NCBI GenBank assembly: GCA_963793205.1
Contig: CAWBZM010000003.1
Location: forward strand, 79,840 to 143,839
DNA from: an uncultured Gemmatimonadales bacterium
Lineage (GTDB): Bacteria > Gemmatimonadota > Gemmatimonadetes > Gemmatimonadales > GWC2-71-9
Reading direction: 5' to 3'
Length of the DNA: 64,000 bases
Shown here: positions 17,425 through 26,818 of the stretch, piece by piece
Layout: the number at the start of each line of letters is the position of its first letter
Numbering within the stretch: position 1 is the first letter of the stretch
Notes under the pieces: generated by a model
The model's database searches: none
What the model was told of the DNA's origin: nothing
Seen by the model: only the letters and a program-made list of their open reading frames with translations
Made by a program: the position numbers and the translations under genes

Positions 17425-18867
17425 CTACCGCTGCAGGAAGGCCGGGGCGCACGCGGGGGTGGAACAATTGTTGGCGAAGCGGACATACACCTCATCCGCG
17501 GTGAAACCCGTCAGCTCCAGCCCCACCGCACCGAGCCGTTCCACGAGCGCATCCCAGGTGAGCCCGTCGTTGACGGCATTGAAGGCCTGCGTGGCCGCCC
17601 CGCCGGTATGCTGATCCAGCCGAGCCAGCAACGCCTGCTGGGAATAGGGGACATCGGCGTGGTCGTTCAGATCGCGCATCGCCGCCTGAAAGGCCGACGG
17701 ATTCTCCGCATCGAGGAGAAACGCAACCATCGCCCCCCCACCGTAGATCCGCTCCCAGTTCTGGTTCTTCTCGGTGCCCGCCTCCACCAGTCCGACACCG
17801 GGTGAGAGCCGCGGAGCCAGGCGGACGCGCCGAACGATGTTCGCGAGGCGTTGCTGCACCATCGCTTCATCGGTAACACCGGCCTGATAGAGCAGCTTGA
17901 CCGCGAGGTAGTCGGTGAACCCCTCAGTGAACCAGTAGGTCTCCTCTGGCACCGACCCCCGGATATGGTTGCCAATCCACAGGTGCAGCATCTCGTGCCC
18001 GAGGCCGTGCGACCAGACCAGCGCGTCCACTTCGCGCACCGGCGCGGAGAGCTGCAGCGTGAAGCTCTGCCGGAAGGCACCGCCATCCATGTACGGTCCC
18101 TGGAACACCACCACTGCGTACCGGTCCGCGGGGGTGCTCCCGAAGTAGGCGGCCAGGCGCTGTGGCAGCGAGGTCATGAGATCGACAATCCGCGCCGAGA
18201 CCGCCGCGAGGCGTTCATCAATTACCCACTCCAGTGCCATCGCACCGGCCTGGGAGTGGCCTGCCGTGAAGCGCCCAATGGCAAAGGCGTTCTTGTCGAG
18301 AAAGGCCGGCGCCGCGGCCTGGAACCGCCGGCCATGGCCCGACCAGGGGGAGAGCACCGACCAGTCGGCCGGCAGATCGAAGGTCACGTCGAGCGGGCAT
18401 GCTGGCCAGCTGTCATCGATCAGGAAAAAGGCGTTGCCGACAAAGAAGTAGGTATTGCCGAAGTGGGACCCGACTTCGTCCATCCCACCACCGGTCCACC
18501 GCACGGCATCGTGGTCGGCCCGCAGCAGGTAGCTGATCCGGGTGAGCGGCGCCGGCGCGTCCCACGCCCCTTCACCAGTGTATCGCACCGGAACTTCCCG
18601 GGTCCCCTCCCATCCTTTGAGGTCGCGGACGGACTCGGCCTGAGCCTCCGGTCGTCCTTCGACTTCCGAAAACCGCACCGCCAGCGCTCGAGTGGGAGTT
18701 CGGAACTCCGCGCGCACTCGGAACTGGTCCGTCCCTTCGAGGGAGACGCGATACGATGCGATCGGGGTGGCGGGACAACCTTGCGCCAGCACGAAGGCGG
18801 GAATGGTGAGGAGCGCGAGGGCAGCGAGGAGAGGTGCCCCTTTGACGGGCGATAAGATTGGTTGCAT
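17425..18867 (-). CDS. secreted zinc metallopeptidase (M61/M1-like, HExxH)
   Basis: ORF trimmed to ATG 18867 (MQPILSPVKGAPLLAALALLTIPAFVLAQG signal peptide). The zinc site is GLGHEMLHLWIG ... WFTEGFTDY. Confidence 0.8.
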   Translation of the reverse strand: MQPILSPVKGAPLLAALALLTIPAFVLAQGCPATPIASYRVSLEGTDQFRVRAEFRTPTRALAVRFSEVEGRPEAQAESVRDLKGWEGTREVPVRYTGEGAWDAPAPLTRISYLLRADHDAVRWTGGGMDEVGSHFGNTYFFVGNAFFLIDDSWPACPLDVTFDLPADWSVLSPWSGHGRRFQAAAPAFLDKNAFAIGRFTAGHSQAGAMALEWVIDERLAAVSARIVDLMTSLPQRLAAYFGSTPADRYAVVVFQGPYMDGGAFRQSFTLQLSAPVREVDALVWSHGLGHEMLHLWIGNHIRGSVPEETYWFTEGFTDYLAVKLLYQAGVTDEAMVQQRLANIVRRVRLAPRLSPGVGLVEAGTEKNQNWERIYGGGAMVAFLLDAENPSAFQAAMRDLNDHADVPYSQQALLARLDQHTGGAATQAFNAVNDGLTWDALVERLGAVGLELTGFTADEVYVRFANNCSTPACAPAFLQR

Positions 18868-18993
18868 GGTGTGTTGTACGCTGTCGCTTCGAGTATGTTT
18901 CACCCTGCACCGGCTTCCCACCGCTCCACGGGACTCCCGGCTTCATACCTCGCTCGCGGACACCTGGAAGCCCACCCCCAACCCCCTGTCCTC

Positions 18994-19533
18994 ATGCGCC
19001 GCTCCACCCGCGTGCTCCCGCTCCTGTTCCTCGTCCTGACGGGTTCGCTCCAGGCACAGGCGACCCCTTCCATCGTCGCGCGGACCTCCGATGTGAGCTC
19101 GATCGACAGCATCATCACGGCCCTCTATGCCACGATCAGCGGGCCGGTGGGGCAGCCGCGCGACTGGCAGCGATTCGCCACCCTCCTTCACCCCGAGGCG
19201 CGACTGATCCCGACCCGCTGCCCCACCGCGGGTCCCTGCACCCTCCGGATCCTCACGCCCCAGGGCTATCGCGAAGTCGCCGATTCATTCCTGGTGTCCG
19301 TGGGCTTTCAGGAGCGGGAACTGGTGCGCCGGACCGAACGCTACGGATCCATCGCGCATGCCTTCAGCTCCTATGCGAGCTATCGCCGGGGTGAGACCGA
19401 GCCCTTCAGCCGCGGCATCAACAGCATTCAGCTGTTCTGGGACGGCACCCGCTGGTGGGTGCTGCAGATCTACTGGGATGCCGAGCGCCCGGGGAACCCG
19501 CTGCCGGCCGAGTTCGCCGCACCGCCGTCCTGA
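18994..19533 (+). CDS. secreted NTF2/SnoaL-like protein (paralog of 9923..10471)
   Basis: ORF 18862 trimmed to ATG 18994 (MRRSTRVLPLLFLVLTGSLQAQA). It contains ALYATISGPVGQPRDWQRF ... SRGINSIQLFWDGTRWWVLQIYWDAERPGNPLP. Confidence 0.8.
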   Translation: MRRSTRVLPLLFLVLTGSLQAQATPSIVARTSDVSSIDSIITALYATISGPVGQPRDWQRFATLLHPEARLIPTRCPTAGPCTLRILTPQGYREVADSFLVSVGFQERELVRRTERYGSIAHAFSSYASYRRGETEPFSRGINSIQLFWDGTRWWVLQIYWDAERPGNPLPAEFAAPPS

Positions 19534-19542
19534 CGCGGGCAC

Positions 19543-19989
19543 GTGAGCGCGCAAATCATCCCCGGGGCCATCTGCTCGCTGCTGGGCGGCCTCGCGGTGG
19601 TCTTCGGTACCCGGGTCCTCCGGCGGGCGAAAGCCACCGAGCGCTGGCCCTCCTGCGAGGGCGTTATCACCGCCTCACACGTCGATGAGTACCGCGATTC
19701 TGATGGCGACCAGATGTATCGTCCCATCGTGCGCTACGAGTATGCCATCGGGGCGCGTCCCTATCAGGGCGACACCATCGCCATCGGTGGCGTGTTCAGT
19801 ACCAGCTGGAAAGGCCCGGCAGAGCGCATGGTCGCTTCCTGTCCCGAGGGCGGCCGCTGCGCGGTCTACTATGATCCGACCGCGCCGGACCAGTCGTGCC
19901 TCCGACAGGGCGTCCGCTGGCATCTGTACCTGGCGCCCGGGATCGGATACATCCTGTCCGGCGTGGGCGCATATTTCCTGTTGCAGTGA
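19543..19989 (+). CDS. DUF3592 membrane protein
   Basis: GTG start. Terminal TM helices flank the WPSCEGVITASHV ... YRPIVRYEY ... VYYDPTAP pattern. Confidence 0.75.
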   Translation: MSAQIIPGAICSLLGGLAVVFGTRVLRRAKATERWPSCEGVITASHVDEYRDSDGDQMYRPIVRYEYAIGARPYQGDTIAIGGVFSTSWKGPAERMVASCPEGGRCAVYYDPTAPDQSCLRQGVRWHLYLAPGIGYILSGVGAYFLLQ

Positions 19990-20088
19990 GCGTGTGGCTG
20001 ACGATGATGTTCGCCCGGTGCTCGTCCCAGTCGCTCCTCGCGACTCCCAAGGTCTCCACCACCCCGCCCCCCTGAACGAGTCTACCTG

Positions 20089-21783
20089 ATGACCTCCCGA
20101 CGGCGGTTCCTGCAGCAGACGGCCACCACCGCTGCCGGCCTCAGCATGGCACCCGGCGTGATCCACCCGGGAGCTCTGCCTCGCAGGGGCCTGCCGCTCC
20201 CCGGCATACTCGATATCCTGCGCCCGCCGGACAGCGTTGCGCTCCAGTCGGAGGATTCGCTGCGCGACATGCGCGCATCCGGCACCGACCGCTGGACCCT
20301 CGAAGGCGCGGAAGTCACCACGACGCCCCAGCGTGGCGGCCTCGCCGTCGACCTGACGAGCCACGTCCCCGTGCGCCGCGTGCGCCTCCGCTGGCGGGGC
20401 ACCCTTCCCGCCACGCTCCGGGTGCTGGGCGATGCGTGGGAACGGGGCTACGGAGACCTCGAGTGGCGCGGCATCGTCCCCGACCGTCTCATGCCCTGGT
20501 ACCTCGCCACCCACGATGGCCGGGCCACCCATGCCTATGGGGTGCAGACCAGCCCGGCGGCGTTCTGCGCCTGGCAGCTCGACGAGGGTGGGCTCACCCT
20601 CTGGGCCGATGTCCGGAGCGGCGGGGTGGGCGTGCAGCTGTCGGGCCGGAGCCTCGCCGTCTGCCGGGTGCTCAGCCGCGCCGGGCACGCTGGCGAATCG
20701 GCCTATGCCGCGCTCCACGCCTTCTGCCGCCAGATGTGTCCCGACCCCCTGGCCCCGACGGAGCCGGTCTACGGCAGCAACGACTGGTACTGGGCCTACG
20801 GCAACAACAGCGCGGCATCGGTGCGCATCGATGCCGCGCGGATCGTCGAGCTCTCACCGACCGGAGGCAACCGCCCCTTTGCGGTGATCGACGATGGCTG
20901 GCAGCCGGGCCGAGGTGCCACCGCCGTGGGCGCCGGGACCTGGGACCGGGGCAACGACAAATTTCCCGATATGGCCGGCCTGGCCGCGGATGTTCTGCGC
21001 GCCGGGGCCAGGCCGGGGATCTGGATCCGGCCGCTGGAGGCCGCGAGCGATGTGCCCGACAGCTGGCGCCTCACCCGGGAACGGAGCGCCCTCGATCCGA
21101 CCGTCCCCGAGGTTACCGCCAAGGTGCACGAGGACATCGCCCGGCTGCGCGCCTGGGGCTACGACCTCATCAAGCACGACTATTCCACCTGGGACATCTT
21201 CGGGCGGTGGGGATTCCAGATGGGCGCGGCGATGACAAAGGAGGGATGGACCTTCGCGGCCGGTCCGGCTCGCACCACCGCGGAAGTCATCACCGAGCTG
21301 TATCGCACTATCCGGGAGGCCGCCGGCGACAAGCTCGTCATCGGCTGCAACACCGTCAGCCACCTCTCGGCCGGTCAGTTCGCCATTTGCCGGGTGGGCG
21401 ATGATACCAGCGGCACCAGCTGGTCCCGCACCCGGAAGATGGGAGTGAATTCACTCGCGTTCCGCGGCGTCCAGCATGGCGCGTTCTATACCGCTGATGC
21501 CGACTGCGTCGGGGTGACCACGGAGCAGCCGTGGTCGCTGAACCGGCAGTGGCTGGACCTGCTGGCACGGAGTGGGACGATGCTGATGGTTTCGCTCGCC
21601 ACCGACGCACTCGGCGCCGAGCAGCGCCGCGATCTCACCAGCGCGCTGCGGCTGGCCGCCACACCCCATCCCCTCGCGGAACCACTCGACTGGGGAACGA
21701 TGATGTACCCGGACCGCTGGCGGCTGATGGGGCATGCGACCACCTACGACTGGGTCGGCCCCGAGGGATCGGACCTCCCCTGA
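20089..21783 (+). CDS. Tat-exported alpha-galactosidase-like glycoside hydrolase (GH36/melibiase-like)
   Basis: Twin-arginine signal is MTSRRRFLQQTATTAAGL. FAVIDDGWQ ... KFPDMAGLAADV..GARPGIWIRP ... LIKHDY ... RVGDDT are the TIM-barrel catalytic motifs. Confidence 0.75.
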   Translation: MTSRRRFLQQTATTAAGLSMAPGVIHPGALPRRGLPLPGILDILRPPDSVALQSEDSLRDMRASGTDRWTLEGAEVTTTPQRGGLAVDLTSHVPVRRVRLRWRGTLPATLRVLGDAWERGYGDLEWRGIVPDRLMPWYLATHDGRATHAYGVQTSPAAFCAWQLDEGGLTLWADVRSGGVGVQLSGRSLAVCRVLSRAGHAGESAYAALHAFCRQMCPDPLAPTEPVYGSNDWYWAYGNNSAASVRIDAARIVELSPTGGNRPFAVIDDGWQPGRGATAVGAGTWDRGNDKFPDMAGLAADVLRAGARPGIWIRPLEAASDVPDSWRLTRERSALDPTVPEVTAKVHEDIARLRAWGYDLIKHDYSTWDIFGRWGFQMGAAMTKEGWTFAAGPARTTAEVITELYRTIREAAGDKLVIGCNTVSHLSAGQFAICRVGDDTSGTSWSRTRKMGVNSLAFRGVQHGAFYTADADCVGVTTEQPWSLNRQWLDLLARSGTMLMVSLATDALGAEQRRDLTSALRLAATPHPLAEPLDWGTMMYPDRWRLMGHATTYDWVGPEGSDLP

Positions 21784-21800
21784 AGCGCGCCGGCGGCGCC

Positions 21801-22370
21801 TCAGCCGTCACCGGTCGCCGGGAGTCGTGGCCCGCGCACTTCCGGGTGCGAATCCACGATCCGGGTCTCGAGTGCGATGCGGCCAGAGGCCAGGCTCGAC
21901 CACCCCGCGACCTGGGCCAGCGCCCGATTCATCCAGCGCTTGTCGCCCACCGCCGCGTGGAAGGTGGAGAACCCAATCACCGGAAAGAGCGCCCGGGGCC
22001 ACTGAAACTCCGGAGCAAGGAACTCCTCCAGCGGCGGCAGTGTCAGGCCCACCGGCGGCAGACAATAGCCTCGGAGATGCTCCAGCAGTTGATCCGATGG
22101 ACCGACGAGACGCTTTTGCGCGTCGATGACGCCGACACCATCATCCCGCAGGAGGAGGCTGTCGGTCCCTTCAATCCGATAGCCGGTGAGTGCCCCTTCG
22201 ACCACCATACCATCGAAGGGCAGGATGATGCGCAGCCCCTCGGGCACCATCACCATCCGCGGCCGACCCAGGTGACCTTCAAACCGGTACAGGAATCCGC
22301 CTCGGTGCCAACGCTCGGCCGGAATCCCGGAGAGTTCGGGAGAGGACGTGCTCGTCGGTGTGGATCGCAT
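21801..22370 (-). CDS. hypothetical protein
   Basis: ORF 21801..22787 trimmed to ATG 22370 (MRSTPTS...). Only the C-terminal 189 aa look protein-like. Confidence 0.55.
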   Translation of the reverse strand: MRSTPTSTSSPELSGIPAERWHRGGFLYRFEGHLGRPRMVMVPEGLRIILPFDGMVVEGALTGYRIEGTDSLLLRDDGVGVIDAQKRLVGPSDQLLEHLRGYCLPPVGLTLPPLEEFLAPEFQWPRALFPVIGFSTFHAAVGDKRWMNRALAQVAGWSSLASGRIALETRIVDSHPEVRGPRLPATGDG

Positions 22371-22521
22371 GGGCACCTTCACGTGCGGGGGAGGTCGACG
22401 TCCCGATGAGGCCCGGGACGATGGGCTACCTTCTTCCATGCGCAGGTCGGCAGCGATACCCGACAGGGCAGGACTGGCGGCAGGCGCATGACCCCATCGA
22501 CAGACAGGCGGAGGCATTTCC

Positions 22522-23382
22522 GTGGAGCCGAAAACTGTTCTCGTGACGGGAGCCAGTTCCGGAATCGGGCTGGCCCTGGTGGAAGCGTTGGCGGCGCGCG
22601 GGACACGGATCTGGGCGGCTGGCCGTTCGCCGGAACGCACCCAGGCAGCGCTGCGGGGAGTGCGGGAGCGGCACCCTGAGGCTGCGGTGACCTTTCTGCA
22701 GCTCGACGTGGCCGATTGTTCGTCGGTCCGCCGGGCCGCGGACGAGGTCCTGACCAGTGGCCTGCCGCTGGATGTCCTGGTCAACAATGCCGGTGTCGCC
22801 GTGACCGCGGGGCTGAGTCGCGATGGGTTCGACCTGACCTACGCCACCAACCACCTCGGCCCCTTCCTGCTCACCAACCTGCTGCTGCCGCGCCTGACGG
22901 AGGCGCCACATGGCCGCATCGTCAACGTGGCGAGTGCCGCGCACCTCCAGCCGCGTCGCCTCGACTGGACGGTCCTGGAACGACCCGCGGCGCCGACCAG
23001 GGGAACGTTTCGGGATTATGCGGCGTCGAAATTGATGAACGTGATCCATGCGAAGGAGCTGGCCCGCCGCCTGACGGGCACCCGCGTACGGACCTCCTCG
23101 CTGCATCCCGGCGTGGTGGCATCGAACGTCTGGCGCTCGGCCCCGAGACCGCTCCAGTGGTTCTTCAAGCTATTCATGCTGTCGAACGAGGAGGGAGCGA
23201 AGACCCCACTCTACTGTGCCACTGCTCCCGAACTGGACGACGTCTCGGGCCGGTACTACGTGCGGTGCCGGGAAGCGCCGTGCAATCCCCTGGCGGACGA
23301 TCCCGCCGAGGGAACGGCGCTCTGGGAACACAGCATCCGGGCGACCGGCCTGGATCCCGGCTTCCCTCGGACGGCAGCATGA
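22522..23382 (+). CDS. SDR family oxidoreductase (retinol-dehydrogenase-like)
   Basis: GTG start. Motifs are TGASSGIG, NNAG and the YAASK catalytic Y-x-x-x-K. Confidence 0.9.
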   Translation: MEPKTVLVTGASSGIGLALVEALAARGTRIWAAGRSPERTQAALRGVRERHPEAAVTFLQLDVADCSSVRRAADEVLTSGLPLDVLVNNAGVAVTAGLSRDGFDLTYATNHLGPFLLTNLLLPRLTEAPHGRIVNVASAAHLQPRRLDWTVLERPAAPTRGTFRDYAASKLMNVIHAKELARRLTGTRVRTSSLHPGVVASNVWRSAPRPLQWFFKLFMLSNEEGAKTPLYCATAPELDDVSGRYYVRCREAPCNPLADDPAEGTALWEHSIRATGLDPGFPRTAA

Positions 23383-23428
23383 TCTCCCTGCGATCGGCGG
23401 CGCCTCACAGTGTCAGCCGCATATGAAA

Positions 23429-23455
23429 CGCCACCACGGGAGGACCGTGGTGGCG
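23429..23455. terminator. perfect 11-bp GC-rich hairpin between convergent genes (candidate bidirectional terminator)
   Basis: CGCCACCACGG-gagga-CCGTGGTGGCG. It lies between the SDR stop (23382) and the minus-strand gene stop (23490). The minus-strand side is followed by TTTCATAT. Confidence 0.5.
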
Positions 23456-23489
23456 GCAGGCAAAGCGATGCCCCGAAGGCTTGGGTGCC

Positions 23490-23948
23490 CTACGATTGTC
23501 GTGTGCCGCTGACCGGCTGCGGATCCTGCGCCGCCACCGGGAACCCGTCGATCCGGCGTTCGACCGTCCCCGACAGGGAGTCCCCCGCAGCCGTCAACGT
23601 CCAGGTGCTGACGGCCGTGGCCTCCCGCTCTTCGCCGTTCAGGTTCAGGGTGGCCTTGGTCCGCGCCACAAAGGTCCGGCTCCCACTCCCCATGGGGGCG
23701 GACATCCGCGCCGGTGGCCGAGGCGGTGCGTCGGGCATGGGCTCGGAGACGAGCGTCCCGACCAGGGAGTCGCCCTCGATCGCGACGGTCAGCCGTCCCT
23801 TCCCCATCATCACGGTGCGGGCGCCATTCTCCATGCGAATCCCGGCCGGGTAGGACAGCTGCCAGACACCGACCAGGGGGGATTGCTGCGCCCTGGCGGG
23901 AACAGCGAACGCGAGGCCTGACAACAGTAAGGCGATCGTACGTTTCAT
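23490..23948 (-). CDS. secreted hypothetical protein (lipocalin-like beta pattern)
   Basis: ORF trimmed to ATG 23948 (MKRTIALLLSGLAFAVPARAQQ signal peptide). Confidence 0.7.
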   Translation of the reverse strand: MKRTIALLLSGLAFAVPARAQQSPLVGVWQLSYPAGIRMENGARTVMMGKGRLTVAIEGDSLVGTLVSEPMPDAPPRPPARMSAPMGSGSRTFVARTKATLNLNGEEREATAVSTWTLTAAGDSLSGTVERRIDGFPVAAQDPQPVSGTRQS

Positions 23949-24124
23949 TCCGGGTCGCTCCTGTGAGTGATGGTGGGGTACCTTCGCCTGGCGCACCGGT
24001 GATGATGCGTGACCCCAGCCCCTGGTCGCGGCCCTCCGCCTTTGCTTGATACCGCCCGTACCGCGACCTATCTTGGGCACAGCCCCCTCCCGCCAGGAGC
24101 ATCCGATGCTCAAACGCATCCTCG

Positions 24125-24532
24125 TTGCTGACCCCCGTTCTCGCCTCAGTGCTCGGTGCGCAACTGGCGAGTGCTCAGGCTCGCCTGAGCCCCGACACCA
24201 CGCTGCTCATCGCCCAATCGGCTGGCCCGCTCAAGACCGTGGAATGGGTCGAGGACGGTACCGAACACAATCACCGATTGTTCATCCACAACCGCACCGA
24301 TCACGCGGTCGCCATCGACAGCTATGTGATCGAAGGCTGCGTCGGCCTCCTGCTGACGGAATGCCGGGAGCACTCCGCACCGCGAGTACTGGCTCCGCAT
24401 GGTACCGCGGTGCTGGGCGAGGTCCGCCTCCGGGGTGGTCCGAGCCTGGGATTGCGGTACGTCTACGCGGTAGATCTCCGCGATCCGGAGACCGCGGTCC
24501 GGTGGCGCGCGGATCACAGTATCGGGCAGTAG
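24125..24532 (+). CDS. secreted hypothetical protein; N-terminus probably disrupted at a C5 run
   Basis: A TTG start gives LTPVLASVLGAQLASAQA without a charged n-region. ATG 24106 (MLKRILVA) lies one frame away and would join if one C of 24132-24136 were removed. Confidence 0.6.
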   Translation: MLTPVLASVLGAQLASAQARLSPDTTLLIAQSAGPLKTVEWVEDGTEHNHRLFIHNRTDHAVAIDSYVIEGCVGLLLTECREHSAPRVLAPHGTAVLGEVRLRGGPSLGLRYVYAVDLRDPETAVRWRADHSIGQ

Positions 24533-24550
24533 CCTCTCCGCCAGGCCGGG

Positions 24551-24922
24551 ATGCCGTTTCAGGTATTCATCGACGACAATTTCCATTATATGGATGCGTC
24601 GGCCCGATACGCCCTGAAGACATGTGCGACCCTGGCCGAAGCGATCGAGGCAGCGCAGCTGGTCGTGGACGAATACCTGCAGTCCGCCTACCGGCCCGGC
24701 ATGAGCGCGGACGACCTCCTCACCAGTTATCTCTCATTCGGTGAGGATCCGTTCATCGTCGAGATTGATGCGACACCCTCCACGGCCGGCGATCGTCGGC
24801 CGTTCTCCGCCCGGGACTACGCCAGAATCCGCATCGATGCGATGTGCGACCAGGTGGAAATCCTCCCGGAGTTCCTGTCGCCGCCATCGGACCTGCCCCC
24901 TTCGACACCCAGTGAACAGTAG
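24551..24922 (+). CDS. hypothetical protein
   Basis: Clean 123-aa ORF (MPFQVFIDDNFHYMD...). No known domain. Confidence 0.6.
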   Translation: MPFQVFIDDNFHYMDASARYALKTCATLAEAIEAAQLVVDEYLQSAYRPGMSADDLLTSYLSFGEDPFIVEIDATPSTAGDRRPFSARDYARIRIDAMCDQVEILPEFLSPPSDLPPSTPSEQ

Positions 24923-24967
24923 GACGCCTGGCTTCCCGCGAGGCAACGCACCATCAAGAGGCATACC

Positions 24968-25387
24968 GTGGCCAACCCCATGTACGAGGCCTTCTACGAA
25001 AGCCTGGATCGCTGCCTGTTGGCACCCCATTTCCTCACCCGGTTCTATGAGCTCTTCCTGGGGTCCTCCGCCGAGGTGCGCGAAAAGTTCCAGGGCACCG
25101 AATTCACCCGCCTGACCGGGATGCTCCGCGCCTCACTCCAGATGACGCTCGCAACCGGGTACGGCTCTCCCGAGTCTGCTGCACATCTCGAGCGCCTGGC
25201 GACCCTGCACGGCCCGGGGGGACATAACATTCAACCGCACCTGTACGGGTTCTGGGTAGAGGCCCTCATCTGCGCGGCCCAGGAGCATGATCCGGAGTTC
25301 TCCCCCGCCCTGGAAGCGGAATGGCGGGCGATGCTCGCTCCCGGGGTTCGGATCCTGACGGCCGGTTTTCGCCAGCCACCGGATTGA
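24968..25387 (+). CDS. single-domain globin (sensor/protoglobin-like)
   Basis: FYESLDRCLLAPHFLTRFYELFLGSSAEVREKF ... LERLATLHGPGGHNIQPHLYGFW is a globin pattern with a candidate proximal His. GTG start; ATG 24980 is the alternative. Confidence 0.75.
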   Translation: MANPMYEAFYESLDRCLLAPHFLTRFYELFLGSSAEVREKFQGTEFTRLTGMLRASLQMTLATGYGSPESAAHLERLATLHGPGGHNIQPHLYGFWVEALICAAQEHDPEFSPALEAEWRAMLAPGVRILTAGFRQPPD

Positions 25388-25389
25388 GG

Positions 25390-26085
25390 ATGCCCGGCGA
25401 CGATCACCGTGGCACCGACTACGTTTCCCCCATGTCCACCCGCCGAGTCCAGTCCCGGGCCGAAGAACTCGCCAACGCCCTCACCCACGGTTCCGGCCTG
25501 GCTGCGAGCCTGATCGGTCTGCCGTTCCTCGTATGGGTGGCGCGGGCCCATGGCGACCGGCTCCAGATCATCGCCTGCGCCATCTTCGCCGTGACCCTGG
25601 TCCTGCTCTACGGCGCATCGACGCTGTACCACGCGCTCCCGGTCTCCCCTACCAAACAGCTGCTGCGCACCGTGGACCATGTGGCGATCTACCTGGTCAT
25701 TGCGGGCAGCTACACGCCATTTGTGCTCGGGCTGCTGCGTGGGGCGTGGGGATGGACGCTGTTCGGTCTGGTGTGGGGTCTGGCGGTGGCCGGCACCCTC
25801 TACAAGCTGTTGCTCGGGTTCCGCTTTCCCCGATTCTCGACCTGGCTCTATCTCGGGATGGGCTGGCTGGCAGTCGTGGCGGTCGGGCCACTGACCCGGG
25901 TACTGCCGCCGGCGGGGCTGGCGTGGATCGTGGCCGGTGGGCTCTGCTATACCGCGGGGGTCGTGTTTTACGTGCGGGATCATCGGCCGTACCACCACGC
26001 CGCCTGGCACCTGTTTGTGGTGGCCGGCAGTGCGTGTCACTACATCGCGGTCTGGCGCTACGCGACCGGCGCGGTGGTTGGATGA
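25390..26085 (+). CDS. hemolysin III / PAQR family membrane protein
   Basis: Seven TM helices. Motifs are NALTHG, STLYH, DHVAIY and HLFVVAGSACHY. ATG 25390 lies 2 nt after the globin stop; ATG 25432 is the alternative. Confidence 0.9.
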   Translation: MPGDDHRGTDYVSPMSTRRVQSRAEELANALTHGSGLAASLIGLPFLVWVARAHGDRLQIIACAIFAVTLVLLYGASTLYHALPVSPTKQLLRTVDHVAIYLVIAGSYTPFVLGLLRGAWGWTLFGLVWGLAVAGTLYKLLLGFRFPRFSTWLYLGMGWLAVVAVGPLTRVLPPAGLAWIVAGGLCYTAGVVFYVRDHRPYHHAAWHLFVVAGSACHYIAVWRYATGAVVG

Positions 26086-26132
26086 GGCGGGAGTTGGCCG
26101 GGCGCCAACGGGCGCACGGCCATCGATTGCGG

Positions 26133-26654
26133 TCAGGCCCGGCGCTGCTCACCGTCCTGCGTCCGGGTATCGCTCGACCGTCCCAGCACCGCCCGGATGC
26201 GTGCCATGTGGTGCCAGCTGTGACGCACCGGATGATCTTCCAGGACAAACTGCGCTGTCATCGGCGCGTCGAAGCTCAGGGAGAAGGGCGCGGCGCTGTC
26301 CAGCTGCGCATCGGTAAACGTCCGGATTTCCGCGGCCGCCGCCTGGCTGTTGCGCGTGAGCAGGGCCACGGTCGCGGCCTTGCTGATATCGGCGAACTCA
26401 AGGGCGTGCTTGGCGTTCATGTCCGCCACAGCCTCCCAGGTGACGCCGGTGACCGCCTGGCCGGAGGCGATCGAGCGCGCCAGGTCCATTTCCACCGGGT
26501 AGACGCTGGCCACGTGATGAATCACCACGCCCACCGTTCTCCCATCCCGCACCCGAATACGCCATTCCTCATGGCTCAGGCTGTTGGCCAACTGGGTAAG
26601 AAGCGCTGCGCCGGCTTCCAGGCGGCTCGCGAGCTGTTCGGCCCGAGTACTCAT
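26133..26654 (-). CDS. DinB family protein
   Basis: ORF trimmed to ATG 26654 (MSTRAEQLASRLEAG). It shows the VVIHHVASVYP ... VRHSWHHMARI His pattern. Confidence 0.75.
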   Translation of the reverse strand: MSTRAEQLASRLEAGAALLTQLANSLSHEEWRIRVRDGRTVGVVIHHVASVYPVEMDLARSIASGQAVTGVTWEAVADMNAKHALEFADISKAATVALLTRNSQAAAAEIRTFTDAQLDSAAPFSLSFDAPMTAQFVLEDHPVRHSWHHMARIRAVLGRSSDTRTQDGEQRRA

Positions 26655-26818
26655 GATATCCTCAGCTTTCCTGTCGAAGTGTGCGCATGGGCTCGCCATG
26701 CAGCTCAACAGTACCGTCCGGACGCTCCGCAGGATGCCGGTGGGTGGCTGATGCTCGTGTCAGACGTGTGCCTACAGGAAATGTCCGGTACCGCTTCAGC
26801 GTCGCGGCCGGAGGCAGC

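Noticed and set aside
25390-26085. Hemolysin III as a virulence toxin
   Set aside because: The family name is historical. The seven-TM PAQR architecture with conserved His/Asp motifs points to a housekeeping membrane protein.
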